A DNA stretch of 43,388 bases from Caldimonas sp. (GCA_039933535.1 JBDTNU010000001.1:1-43388); one strand, 5' to 3'; positions 27,336 to 36,446 are shown, numbered from the stretch's first letter. Program-made: numbers and translations. The notes: generated from the letters alone by a model not told the origin.

Positions 27336-28470
27336 GAGACGACTCCTCTTTTGTATTCGAGCCGCGCTCGGTGGGCTCGATTCGAATGCTTTCCACGTTC
27401 ATCACCAGATCGCGCGCGTCGGTGGAGCGACGTTGCGCGGAATGCCCCGCGATCCAGGCGGTGCGTCCGAGCCGGCCGACCTGAGGATCGCGGCCGCCTC
27501 CGAGCGGCCAACTCGGCACGTCTTCGCGCGCGAGCACCAGACGCAGGTCCCAGGCGAATTCGAAGCCGACATACTGCCTGACCAGCGCACGAAGCTGGTT
27601 TATCTCCGCCCGCCCGGGCAGCAACTGAGAGAACCGGGGCCAGCGCAAGGGGCCGATCTCGATCCGGAACTTGTGCTGGACGTCCCACACCGACTCGCCC
27701 AGGACCGTGCCGCGACCGACCCCGTGCTGACCGAGGCGCATCAGGCGAGAGCGCTGACTCCGCTCCAGGCGCATCCAGTGACCGCAGAACTGCTCGACTC
27801 GCGCCACGACGCCGAGATGCGAAGTCAGCCACGCCGCGAGGCCATCGGCGTCCCGCACCTGACGCGAAAGCCGGCCCACGAAAAACAACTTCGGGAAGTC
27901 GCCCAATGCGTCGCGCCGACGCGCCTGTTGCTCGCCCAGACCGATCCAGGCGCCGACATGGCGGATCAACGGCGAATCGTCTTCGCGGTCGAGGCCGACC
28001 GTGGGCTGCGAGCGCGCCCAGGCGCGATAGAAGAAGAGGCCGAACCGATGCAGCAGGATGTCCAGGAAGCGCGTGAACGTCGGATCTGCCGCGTGGAGTT
28101 TCCGGTCGAGGGCGTACTCGCTGAGGTGAATCGGCAGAGCGCCGTTCGGGCCGAGAAAGCCGATGACGCGCTGCACCAGTCGAGGAGGACGGTCTTCGGG
28201 CCGCTCGAGCGCGGTAATGGCTGCCGGCGCGAAGGTCAACGCGGTGTCGTGCACGAAGCGAATGGGTTCGTCGACAGGTCGACGGGCGTCGCCTAGGCGC
28301 GGCAGGTCGGGATGCGCGCTCTCGATCCGGCGCATTGCCTGGAACAGGTCGAAGCGATAGGGCTCCGCGGTGATGTCGTCGAACACCGCCGTCGGCGTCT
28401 CGTGCGACGACAGCCCTTCCGCGCCTTCGGACGCGTCATCGGCCGGAGGCACCGATCGGACGGCGCTCAA
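27328..28470 (-). CDS. tssG: T6SS baseplate subunit TssG
   Basis: FDLFQAMRRIE, GFLGPNGALP, FLDILLHR..LFYRAW, WDVQHKFRIEIGPL, LGRTAWI. Confidence 0.94.
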   Translation of the reverse strand: MSAVRSVPPADDASEGAEGLSSHETPTAVFDDITAEPYRFDLFQAMRRIESAHPDLPRLGDARRPVDEPIRFVHDTALTFAPAAITALERPEDRPPRLVQRVIGFLGPNGALPIHLSEYALDRKLHAADPTFTRFLDILLHRFGLFFYRAWARSQPTVGLDREDDSPLIRHVGAWIGLGEQQARRRDALGDFPKLFFVGRLSRQVRDADGLAAWLTSHLGVVARVEQFCGHWMRLERSQRSRLMRLGQHGVGRGTVLGESVWDVQHKFRIEIGPLRWPRFSQLLPGRAEINQLRALVRQYVGFEFAWDLRLVLAREDVPSWPLGGGRDPQVGRLGRTAWIAGHSAQRRSTDARDLVMNVESIRIEPTERGSNTKEESSHE

Positions 28471-30338
28471 ATCACGCTCCGCGAGCCCAGCTCGGGTTGC
28501 CAGGTCATGATCTCGCCCCGCGTGAGCGACGTCACCGTCGTCTGGGCAAAGCTGTTCATGGAGACATGGCGGGAAAAATACTGATGCAGCACGGAGGCGA
28601 GCAACACGGCGCTGCCCCCCTCGAACGACAGATCGTCGACGGTCAACCCGACGTCAATGCCGCGTCCGAATGCGATCGGACCCGGTGTCGGGTGACGACG
28701 AACGATCGGCCGAATCTGTACCGAGCGAACACCTTCGACCTGGCGACGCACGCCGCTTTCCGCCCCTTGCGCGAAAACGCCGAGCAGGTCGCGCAGGGCC
28801 AGCGCCCCTTTGTCTGCGTCTTCGTCGAGCAGGGTCACGTAGCTGAGCGAAAGCAGGCTGAGCAAACGCCAGGCCATCGGTCCGTCGCGGGTGGCGGCGA
28901 TAGGACGCGAAGGACCGGCGACCACGCGAATCGATTCCACCGGGGCACTCCGCGTCAGCGTGAGATGCGCATCGGTGTCGCCGAGTGGAATGAACAGCGG
29001 CAGGTCACGGTTCGTGACGCGAACCCGTGCCGCCAGCTGGCGCAGGTCGCGTCGCCATGGCGCGTGCTGCGGGTCGACTAGCGAGACGAAAACCTCGGAC
29101 CCGATGTAGCCGGAGCGCGGACCATCGCGTCGCGAGCGTGCGTTCGGCAAGCGCGGCTCGCGTTCGGCGCAGAAGTAGCCTCCGGATCCCGGCGCTGTCG
29201 ACGGCGCAGCGAACAGCGGAACGAACTCCTGCTCGTTGCTGTCTTCGTCGAAGGCGTGCAGCGACAGGATGTCGAAGACTTCGTAGTCGGCAGGGGCGGA
29301 CCGCTCGGGAACGAGATGGAATGCGTTCGACGTGTCGTTCAGCTCCGGCCGTTCGGCACGCCGCTCGAACAGGTTGATCGCGGGCACGCAATGGAGCAGG
29401 AAGTTCTCAGGACCGACCGATCCCTCGAGCGCGGCCACGTGGCGCTTGAAGAGGAACACGAGCTCCAGGACGCTGCCCGCGGTCTTCGCGAGGGTGGGCG
29501 CCAGCGAGGTCACGTCGAAGAACAGGAAGCGTTGCGCGAATGCGAAATATTCCTGCAGCAGACGCACGCCCGAAAGGCCCCGCAGCGTGATCGGCAGCAT
29601 CGAATGCGCGTCGCTGTAGCCGACCGGCTGCAGGCTCGTCGCCGGCAGAAACTGACGCGGGCGCTCCGCGCCACGCGCTGACGGTGCACCGACGAGCACG
29701 CCGACGCATGCGCCGGCGAGCAGCTCATGGAGCTGCAGCGACACGTCGGTAAGTCCGCCTAGGTAGAAGCGCAGTGCGTCGAGCCGGAGCTGCGAAACCG
29801 TCGCACCGGTCGGCAGCTCCATGCGCACGCGCATGCCGCTCTTGGGTCGCTCCGACAGCGGCAAGGCCGAGAGCGACAGGTCGGCCGCGCTCAGGAAGTA
29901 TTCGACCGAAGTCACGCGCAACGGCGTGAGGACCAGCTCCTGCGCGGTCCGGAATTCGCACCGGGTCGGGCCGAGGGCGCTGGCGGAGCTCATGAGCGCC
30001 GAGCCCTTGGGTAACAGGAACCCTGCCAGCAGGTTGGGATCGTTCCCCGGACGCAGCTGCGCCACCAGCATCGACGGCGTGGGGGCCGTGAGATTCGGGC
30101 AAACCATCTCGAGCAGCCGCTGCGAGAGCTGGGGGAATTCGGCATCCTGCTTGAGCTGCACGCGTGCAGCAAGAAAGGCCGCCCCTTCGATGAGCCGCTC
30201 GACATACGGGTCGGCGACCTCGAGCCCTTCCATGCCGAGCCGGCTGGCAATCTTCGGAAAATCCCGGGCGAACTCGCCCCCCATCTCGCGCAGGTAGCGG
30301 AGCTCCTGGTTGTAGTAACCGAGCAGGCGGGGATCCAT
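28467..30338 (-). CDS. tssF: T6SS baseplate subunit TssF
   Basis: MDPRLLGYYNQEL, DPYVERLIEG, LLQEYFAF, CVPAINLF, TNRDLP, VSMNSF. Confidence 0.96.
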   Translation of the reverse strand: MDPRLLGYYNQELRYLREMGGEFARDFPKIASRLGMEGLEVADPYVERLIEGAAFLAARVQLKQDAEFPQLSQRLLEMVCPNLTAPTPSMLVAQLRPGNDPNLLAGFLLPKGSALMSSASALGPTRCEFRTAQELVLTPLRVTSVEYFLSAADLSLSALPLSERPKSGMRVRMELPTGATVSQLRLDALRFYLGGLTDVSLQLHELLAGACVGVLVGAPSARGAERPRQFLPATSLQPVGYSDAHSMLPITLRGLSGVRLLQEYFAFAQRFLFFDVTSLAPTLAKTAGSVLELVFLFKRHVAALEGSVGPENFLLHCVPAINLFERRAERPELNDTSNAFHLVPERSAPADYEVFDILSLHAFDEDSNEQEFVPLFAAPSTAPGSGGYFCAEREPRLPNARSRRDGPRSGYIGSEVFVSLVDPQHAPWRRDLRQLAARVRVTNRDLPLFIPLGDTDAHLTLTRSAPVESIRVVAGPSRPIAATRDGPMAWRLLSLLSLSYVTLLDEDADKGALALRDLLGVFAQGAESGVRRQVEGVRSVQIRPIVRRHPTPGPIAFGRGIDVGLTVDDLSFEGGSAVLLASVLHQYFSRHVSMNSFAQTTVTSLTRGEIMTWQPELGSRSVI

Positions 30339-30350
30339 CTGGGCAGCCGC

Positions 30351-30881
30351 TCAGGCGCGCATGTCGCGCACGGAGGCCTGCCCCGTGTCGACGTTGACGT
30401 CCGCGCTGAGCAGCAACTCGAGCGGCACCGGCTGGTTCCAGAGCGATCCCTTGATGACCAGGCGCATATTCAGGGTCTGCTGCCCAGGGTGTTCGTTGAC
30501 GACTTCGACCTTCAGGGTTTTCGGGTCGATGCGCGGCTCGAACCGCACGATCGAGATTCGGATGCGCTCTTGCAGGGCCGCGAAGTCCGTGGCAGCCAAC
30601 GACCGCCCCGACAACGCCGGGATGCCGTAGTTGAGGACGGACTCGCGCGCCGCATCAGCGCGCTGCCACATCTCGTAGCGCTCCTCGTCATCGCTTTCGA
30701 GGTCGGCCTCCTCGCGCGTCGCATTGAACAGCCAGCTCATGTCGCGCAGCACGGCGGCACGCAGCTGATTCTTGTTGAGGACGCGGGCTTCGAGCGACTC
30801 GCGAAGCTCGGTGGGCGCGTCGTCCCTCAGGCGATCGAGGAGTGACGGCTGCAGCCGTTCCTGAGAAGCCAGGCCTGCCAT
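30351..30881 (-). CDS. tssE: T6SS baseplate subunit TssE (gp25-like)
   Basis: LQPSLLDRL, VLRDMSWLFN, SVLNYGIP, IVRFEPRI; ATG at 30881 overlaps the tagJ stop. Confidence 0.93.
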   Translation of the reverse strand: MAGLASQERLQPSLLDRLRDDAPTELRESLEARVLNKNQLRAAVLRDMSWLFNATREEADLESDDEERYEMWQRADAARESVLNYGIPALSGRSLAATDFAALQERIRISIVRFEPRIDPKTLKVEVVNEHPGQQTLNMRLVIKGSLWNQPVPLELLLSADVNVDTGQASVRDMRA

Positions 30882-31732
30882 CAGCCGCCCGCGCTCTGCG
30901 ATGTCACTGTCGGCGGCGCTGCGAACTCGATCCGTTGCACGCCAAGGAGCGGAAACTCCCCGGAGTCGGTGGCAAAGATGCGCTGACCGAGGCCGAACCA
31001 GCGCTCGTCGCCAGCGTCCTGCCATTCGGTCTTGCGCGAGAGCAGGATCAGGGGATCGTCGCTCCCCACACTGCCCGGGTAGCGAGCCGGAACGAGCGCC
31101 ACCGTGCCGCCACCGTCATGGAAGGTCAGCTGGGCGGGAGCCCAGACGAAGTCCCGAAGATCGGCGGGCGGATCGAATTCGATGCGCGCGATCCGCTGGA
31201 ACGGAATCCAGTAGTACTGCCCGTTGACGCAGGCTTCGAGCACCGGCCCAACGCGCGAATCGGCGTCCGCGATCCATTCGAAGGGCGCGCCGTCGATGCT
31301 GCCCGGGGTTGCTGGCGCAGCTTCGAATGCTCGCGCCGACAGCTCCGCGGCAAGCGCAGCGTTACCCTGCCCTTGTTGCTGCAAGGACTCGAGCAACTGC
31401 GCCAGCCAGGCCAGAGGCTCGCCGATAACCATCGGCGTCCGCTGGCCCGCGAAGACCTTGGCGCGAACAAGCTCGCTGCGGATCGCGTAGCCAACGGTCT
31501 CGCGCATCGGCCCGGTCGACGGGTCGAGCTCGGCCACGACGTTCAACTGCGTGTGAGCGCGCTCCCACTGTCCGAGCACGCAGAGAAGTTGCGCAAGGAA
31601 TACGCGCAACCCGACGTCGTTCGGCGACCCTCGGACGGCGGAGGTGAGGTGCGCCAGCGCACCCTTGGGATCGCCGCCGCGTACTGCCGCTTCGGCGAGC
31701 GCTTTGATATCGGATTTCTTGGTTTCGGACAT
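30881..31732 (-). CDS. tagJ: T6SS accessory TagJ (ImpE/SciE family)
   Basis: RVFLAQLLCVLGQWERA, FEWIADADSRVGPVLE, YYWIPF, DLRDFVW, PARYP, GLGQR; ATG at 31732. Confidence 0.92.
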   Translation of the reverse strand: MSETKKSDIKALAEAAVRGGDPKGALAHLTSAVRGSPNDVGLRVFLAQLLCVLGQWERAHTQLNVVAELDPSTGPMRETVGYAIRSELVRAKVFAGQRTPMVIGEPLAWLAQLLESLQQQGQGNAALAAELSARAFEAAPATPGSIDGAPFEWIADADSRVGPVLEACVNGQYYWIPFQRIARIEFDPPADLRDFVWAPAQLTFHDGGGTVALVPARYPGSVGSDDPLILLSRKTEWQDAGDERWFGLGQRIFATDSGEFPLLGVQRIEFAAPPTVTSQSAGG

Positions 31733-31775
31733 GGGGCGCGTGACAGGGCGATCGGGATCTCGGACCTGCGGGCGA

Positions 31776-32375
31776 CTAGAAGCCGTGTCCGCAATCGCCG
31801 CAGAAGCGGGCCTCGCGAGGTTGCGTGGCGCCGCAGGATGGACAACTCTTGTGCGTGCTCGCCATGTCGAACCCGCACTCAGCACAAAAACGTCCGCCCT
31901 GAGAGGGAGTCTGACAGTTCGGACAGGCCAGCCCGCCTCCACCTTGACCTGCGTTCCGTTGCGTTCCACCCTTGACGCAGTCGAGACAGAGCCCGCTGCG
32001 CTCGTCGAAGCATTCGTCGCCAACCCACTTTTGGCACGCATCGCAGCAGTGATAGCGATCCTTTGCCAAGGCCATGGCTTCCGCCTGAGCCTCGGCGCGC
32101 GCGCCCGCGGTTCCGGCGTCGGCAAAGGCGCCGACACCTCGACTCGCACGGTAGATGTTCGAGACGACACGGGAGAAGCCGTTCAGCCATCCGCCGAGCT
32201 CCTGCGTCAGCGCGGAGGAGCGGGACAACAGACCGGTGAGCTGACCCTTGCGATACGTCTTGAACGGCGAGCGCCAGGTCTCGCCGCAACGTTCGCAAAA
32301 GAATTCGAACTGGAATCCGGCACCGAGGTCGGACGTCGACGCTGTGACGTCGCGGAAATTTTTCTGCATCGGCAC
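31776..32375 (-). CDS. Cys-rich multi zinc-ribbon protein (double zinc ribbon at C-terminus)
   Basis: 16 Cys mostly in CxxC pairs (CERC, CCDAC, CLDC, CPNC, CAEC, CPSC, CGDC); GFQFEFFC N-terminal motif; start GTG 32375 or ATG 32369. Confidence 0.8.
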   Translation of the reverse strand: MPMQKNFRDVTASTSDLGAGFQFEFFCERCGETWRSPFKTYRKGQLTGLLSRSSALTQELGGWLNGFSRVVSNIYRASRGVGAFADAGTAGARAEAQAEAMALAKDRYHCCDACQKWVGDECFDERSGLCLDCVKGGTQRNAGQGGGGLACPNCQTPSQGGRFCAECGFDMASTHKSCPSCGATQPREARFCGDCGHGF

Positions 32376-32393
32376 GTGATCACCCTGCCGAGT

Positions 32394-33224
32394 TCAGTCT
32401 CGCGACTTCATGACAAAAAGGCTCGTCGTTTGCGCAGCCGCGCGCGCCAGCTTGGCGCCCGCGGTTGCATCGCGGTGAAATCCTTCGGGAGCCGCGCCGA
32501 GGCGACCCTTCTGCTGGTCGACACCGCGCGTGTTGGTATACGAGAACGATATCTCCGAGAACTCGGCTTCCCAATCCTCTTTCATGTCGGCCATGGTGTC
32601 GTCGACTTCGACGTTCAGGTCGTACTTGAGAAAGCGCAGGTTCTTCGCGGTGACAACGATCGTGAGCGGTGCGCTCACCGAACGATGGAAGATCGTGATC
32701 ACGACGCGCGGCAGGATCTCGCCGGCCTTCATGCAATTGAGCATCTGCGTGCTCGCGAAGTCGACTCGCTTGCTGAAGGAGAACTCCAGGTTGCCCAGGT
32801 CCTTCTTCTTCTTTTCCTTCTCGTAATCCTCCATCGCCTGATGGGCCGCCGAAGTGATCACCGCCGCTTTCTTTTTTCCGGACTCCTTCTGAATCTCGTC
32901 GACCTGCAGCATTGCCGCTCGGACTGACTTGGCATCGTCCTTGTTTACACCCGCTAAGACATCCTTGAGGGCTTTGTCGGCCCTCGGGTCGACCAAGTCT
33001 TCCGCGAGAATGTTGAATTCGAGTTTCATCTCCTTGTCGGATTTCGAGAGGAGCTCGGCTTTCGATTCATCCCTGGCACGCTTCTCGACCTCCTCCTGGT
33101 TGACGATCTTCCAGTTCCAGTCGAGCACTTCGACCTGCTGGTTGAAGGGAATGGCCATCGCCTCGCCCAGGATCGGCAACCCCGACTTTCGGATCATCAA
33201 CAGGTAGACCTCTGCGCCGTCCAT
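32394..33224 (-). CDS. Divergent Hcp-fold protein with ~100-aa charged insertion
   Basis: ILGEA...VEVLDWNW, FSFSKRVDFASTQML..M..GE, EDWEAEFSEISFSY match the Hcp strand pattern; residues ~41-142 are a K/E/D-rich insert. Confidence 0.75.
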   Translation of the reverse strand: MDGAEVYLLMIRKSGLPILGEAMAIPFNQQVEVLDWNWKIVNQEEVEKRARDESKAELLSKSDKEMKLEFNILAEDLVDPRADKALKDVLAGVNKDDAKSVRAAMLQVDEIQKESGKKKAAVITSAAHQAMEDYEKEKKKKDLGNLEFSFSKRVDFASTQMLNCMKAGEILPRVVITIFHRSVSAPLTIVVTAKNLRFLKYDLNVEVDDTMADMKEDWEAEFSEISFSYTNTRGVDQQKGRLGAAPEGFHRDATAGAKLARAAAQTTSLFVMKSRD

Positions 33225-33229
33225 GTCCG

Positions 33230-33781
33230 CTACTTCTTGAAGAAGAAGGGAATCGTCGGCGTATGCGCGTTGATGGCGTCCACCTTGCGCATGTACGTGA
33301 TCGAGATCCCGGTGAAATTCATGGTCACGTCCTCAATCAGTTCGGCGCCCATCTGCGAACTCTGCAACTTGATCGACACATCGGAAAAGTATCCACCGGT
33401 CACGGTGAGGTTGTAGCCGGCGTCGCGCACCGGCCCGACCAGGTTCTGGATGTTCAGCACGGTGATCGACGCCAGCACGACCGGAACCTTGTTGTCGAGC
33501 GCCAGCATGATCCACGCAGACGAGGTGTCGACACGCTTCTTGAAGGAGAGCTTGCCGAGATTGATCTGGACCTCGTTGCCGCCGATCCCGAGAAAACTCG
33601 AGGCTGCGCCTGCAAGGCTGAGACCGAATCCCGCCTTCGCCTCCGGATTCTTGTGGGCGGTCATGTCCCACTTGAAGTCGATCAACTCGATCTGCCCGGT
33701 AAAGGGCGGAGCCGCCTGCCCCTCGCCCAGGATCGGGCCGACCAACGTCGTCAGCTGAAGAAAGATGTTCGACCAAGCCAT
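33230..33781 (-). CDS. Divergent Hcp-fold protein
   Basis: ILGEG...IELIDFKWDM, LSFKKRVDTSSAWIM, EDVTMNFTGISITY follow the Hcp pattern; adjacent to canonical hcp. Confidence 0.78.
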   Translation of the reverse strand: MAWSNIFLQLTTLVGPILGEGQAAPPFTGQIELIDFKWDMTAHKNPEAKAGFGLSLAGAASSFLGIGGNEVQINLGKLSFKKRVDTSSAWIMLALDNKVPVVLASITVLNIQNLVGPVRDAGYNLTVTGGYFSDVSIKLQSSQMGAELIEDVTMNFTGISITYMRKVDAINAHTPTIPFFFKK

Positions 33782-33799
33782 CCGCGAACCTCACAGGCA

Positions 33800-33859
33800 G
33801 TCATCGCGGGAGCGGGCACGCGCCGCGATGACATTCGATCCGCCGGCGCAACCGCCGGC
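33800..33859. repeat. Two tandem stem-loops between hcp and its first paralog
   Basis: GTCATCGCGG (33800-33809) / CCGCGATGAC (33823-33832) perfect 10-bp stem; GCCGGCG (33842-33848) / CGCCGGC (33853-33859) 7-bp stem. Confidence 0.65.
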
Positions 33860-33879
33860 CAAGCCCTCGTGGCCGATGC

Positions 33880-34377
33880 TTATTCGACCGAGCCTTCTGG
33901 AATGTTCCAGTGGTACTTCATGGCCGAGTCGAGCTTGCCGGTGTTGAGCTGCGGCTTGTACTCGATGAACACTTCCTTGAAGACGCACTCGATCTTCTGC
34001 GTGACGTTGCCTTCCTCGGTTCCCGAATTCGAGACCTTGGTGATGTAGGTGTTCTTCATGACCATCTTGAAGTACTGCTCGGGAACCGGGCCGCCTGTGG
34101 TCTTGCACATGTTCAACTCGGCCGAGTCGAACGACTTGCCCTGGCAGATGAATCGCATGATCGCCGGCGATGACTTGTCGAAGTAGTGCTCGAAGTTCAT
34201 CTTGCCCGGGTTCGGCTTGCCGACGCTCGCGCCGCCGCCCTTGGTCCAGCTCGACTCGGCTTCGATTTCCCAGTCCCAGCCCTGGATTTCGAACCAGCCC
34301 TTGTCTCCCTCGAAGCCCTTTTGCTTGGACTCGCCTTGCGAGTCGTTGCTGAATTTCATGAATGCGTTGACCGGCAT
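33880..34377 (-). CDS. hcp: T6SS tube protein Hcp (TssD)
   Basis: QGES, EIQGWDW, GGGASVGK, FDKSSPAIM..CQGK, FKEVFIEYKPQ; CAGGAG RBS; directly after tssC. Confidence 0.94.
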   Translation of the reverse strand: MPVNAFMKFSNDSQGESKQKGFEGDKGWFEIQGWDWEIEAESSWTKGGGASVGKPNPGKMNFEHYFDKSSPAIMRFICQGKSFDSAELNMCKTTGGPVPEQYFKMVMKNTYITKVSNSGTEEGNVTQKIECVFKEVFIEYKPQLNTGKLDSAMKYHWNIPEGSVE

Positions 34378-34422
34378 GTCTGAATCTCCTGAAAGTTAAT
34401 TGATTGGCGACGACCGAGAAAA

Positions 34423-35919
34423 TCAGGCGGCGCCCTTCTCCGACGGAAGCTTCGAAACCAGGCGCAAAGACACCGTCAGGCCTTCGAGCTGGTAGTGTGG
34501 TTTGAGATAGAACTTGGATTGGTAGTAGCCGGGTGCGCCCTCGACTTCTTCGACTTCGACCTGCGCCGCCGCAAGGGGCCGCTCCGCCTTGGTTCGCTCG
34601 GACGAGTGCGCCGGATCGCCGTCAACATAGTTGAGGATCCACTTGTTCAGCCAGTCGGACATCGCCTCGCGGTCCTTGAAGGATCCAACCTTGTCACGCA
34701 CGATGCACTTCAGGTAGTGCGCGAAACGGTTGCAGGCGAAAAGGTACGGAAGACGGGCGGCCAGCGCGGCATTCGCCGTTGCGTCGGGATCGTCGTACTC
34801 CTGGGGCTTCTGCAGCGACTGTCCGCTGATGAAGGCCGCGAAGTCGGAATTCTTGCGGTGGATCATGGACAGGAAGCCGTTCTTCGATAGCTCGGCCTCG
34901 CGCCGGTCGGAAATGGCGATCTCCGTCGGGCACTTCATGTCGACGCCGCCGTCGTCTGACGGGAAGCTGTGCGTAGGCAGGTTCTCGACCGCGCCGCCCG
35001 ACTCGATGCCGCGAATTCGCGAGCACCAGCCGTACGACTTGAACGAGCGGTTGACATTGACCGCCATCGCGTAGGCGGCATTCGCCCAGCTGTACTTGGC
35101 GTGGGTCGCGCCGGCGGTGTCTTCCTCGAAGTCGAACTCGTCGACCGGACTCGTCTTCGCGCCGTACGGCAGCCGGGCGAGAAATCTCGGCATGCACACC
35201 GCCAGATAGCGGGCGTCATCGGATTCACGGAGGGAACGCCATGCGGCGTATTCCGGCGTCGTGAAGATCTTGGTCAAGTCGCGCGGGTTGGCGAGTTCCT
35301 GCCAAGACTCCATCTGCATGACGCTCGGGCTGGCACCGGTGATGAACGGCGCGTGCGCCGAAGCGGCCAGCTTCGACATCTCGGTCATCAGTTCGACGTC
35401 GGGCGGCGTATGGTCGAAGTGATAGTCGCCGACCAGACAGCCGTACGGCTCTCCGCCGAACTGGCCGTATTCTTCTTCGTAGAGCTTCTTGAAAAGCGGC
35501 GACTGATCCCAGGCCGTGCCCTTGTAGCGCTTGAGCGTCTTGCCAAGGTCGGCCTTGGAGACGTTCATCACGCGGATCTTCAGCTCCTCGTCGGTCTCGG
35601 TGTTGTTGACAAGATAGTGCAGGCCGCGCCACGCCGACTCCAGCTTCTGGAAGTCCTCGTGGTGGATGATCTTGTTGACCTGCTCGGTCAGCTTCTTGTC
35701 GAGCGCAGCGATCATTGCCTCGATCGTGCGCACCGCATCCGTGCTGCGCAGCGCCGTGTTGGCGAGCGCCTGCTGTGCGAGAGTCTGAACTGCCTGCTCG
35801 ACGGCGCTCTTCGCCTCGTCGGTCTTCGGCTTGAATTCCTTCTTCAGCAACGCCGCGAAGTCGTTGCCTTCAATCGTCACGCCGGCGAGTGCCGAGCCTT
35901 GTGTTTCGAGTTCAGCCAT
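34423..35919 (-). CDS. tssC: T6SS contractile sheath large subunit TssC (VipB)
   Basis: IIHHEDFQKLESAWRGL, EEEYGQFGGEP, PRFLARLPYG, KCPTEIAISDRREAEL, RFAHYLK, PHYQLEGL. Confidence 0.97.
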   Translation of the reverse strand: MAELETQGSALAGVTIEGNDFAALLKKEFKPKTDEAKSAVEQAVQTLAQQALANTALRSTDAVRTIEAMIAALDKKLTEQVNKIIHHEDFQKLESAWRGLHYLVNNTETDEELKIRVMNVSKADLGKTLKRYKGTAWDQSPLFKKLYEEEYGQFGGEPYGCLVGDYHFDHTPPDVELMTEMSKLAASAHAPFITGASPSVMQMESWQELANPRDLTKIFTTPEYAAWRSLRESDDARYLAVCMPRFLARLPYGAKTSPVDEFDFEEDTAGATHAKYSWANAAYAMAVNVNRSFKSYGWCSRIRGIESGGAVENLPTHSFPSDDGGVDMKCPTEIAISDRREAELSKNGFLSMIHRKNSDFAAFISGQSLQKPQEYDDPDATANAALAARLPYLFACNRFAHYLKCIVRDKVGSFKDREAMSDWLNKWILNYVDGDPAHSSERTKAERPLAAAQVEVEEVEGAPGYYQSKFYLKPHYQLEGLTVSLRLVSKLPSEKGAA

Positions 35920-35951
35920 CTGAGTAGCTCCGGTTCAAAGGTCTGTGTCGT

Positions 35952-36446
35952 TCACTCTTGTGGCTTGGCTTCGCTGGTCAGCGTGGCCAGCAGCGCAGGA
36001 TCGGCGAGAACCTTGGAGATGAGCTCCTCGGCGCCGGTCTTGCCGTCCATGTACGTGATGAGGTTGGCCAACTGGGTCCGGGCCTCGAGCAGCTTGTTGA
36101 GGCCGTCGACCTTGCGCGCAATCGCGGCAGGCGAGAAGTCGTCCATGCTCTCGAACGTGATGTCGACTGGAAGGCTGCCCTCGCCGGTGAGCGTGTTCTC
36201 GACCTGGAAGGCGACGCGCGGCTTCATCGACTTCATGCGGGCGTCGAAATTGTCGACGTCGATCTCGAGGAACTTGCGGTCAGCAACCGGCGGCAGCGCC
36301 TCTTCGGGTTTGCCGGAGAGGTCCGCCATGACGCCCATCACGAAGGGCAGTTGCACCTTCTTTTGCGCCCCGTAAAGCTCGACGTCGTATTCGATCTGGA
36401 CGCGGGGAGCGCGATTGCGCGCGATGAATTTCTGACTGCTGCCCAT
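35952..36446 (-). CDS. tssB: T6SS contractile sheath small subunit TssB (VipA)
   Basis: SSQKFIARNRAPRVQIEYDVE, LPFVMGVMADLSG, FESMDDFSP. Confidence 0.97.
   Translation of the reverse strand: MGSSQKFIARNRAPRVQIEYDVELYGAQKKVQLPFVMGVMADLSGKPEEALPPVADRKFLEIDVDNFDARMKSMKPRVAFQVENTLTGEGSLPVDITFESMDDFSPAAIARKVDGLNKLLEARTQLANLITYMDGKTGAEELISKVLADPALLATLTSEAKPQE

Noticed and set aside
31733-32170. N-terminal extension of TagJ to 429 aa
   Set aside because: Overlaps the zinc-ribbon gene in another frame; TagJ similarity starts at ATG 31732
33791-34108. 105-aa ORF overlapping hcp
   Set aside because: Off-frame overlap with hcp, no recognisable features
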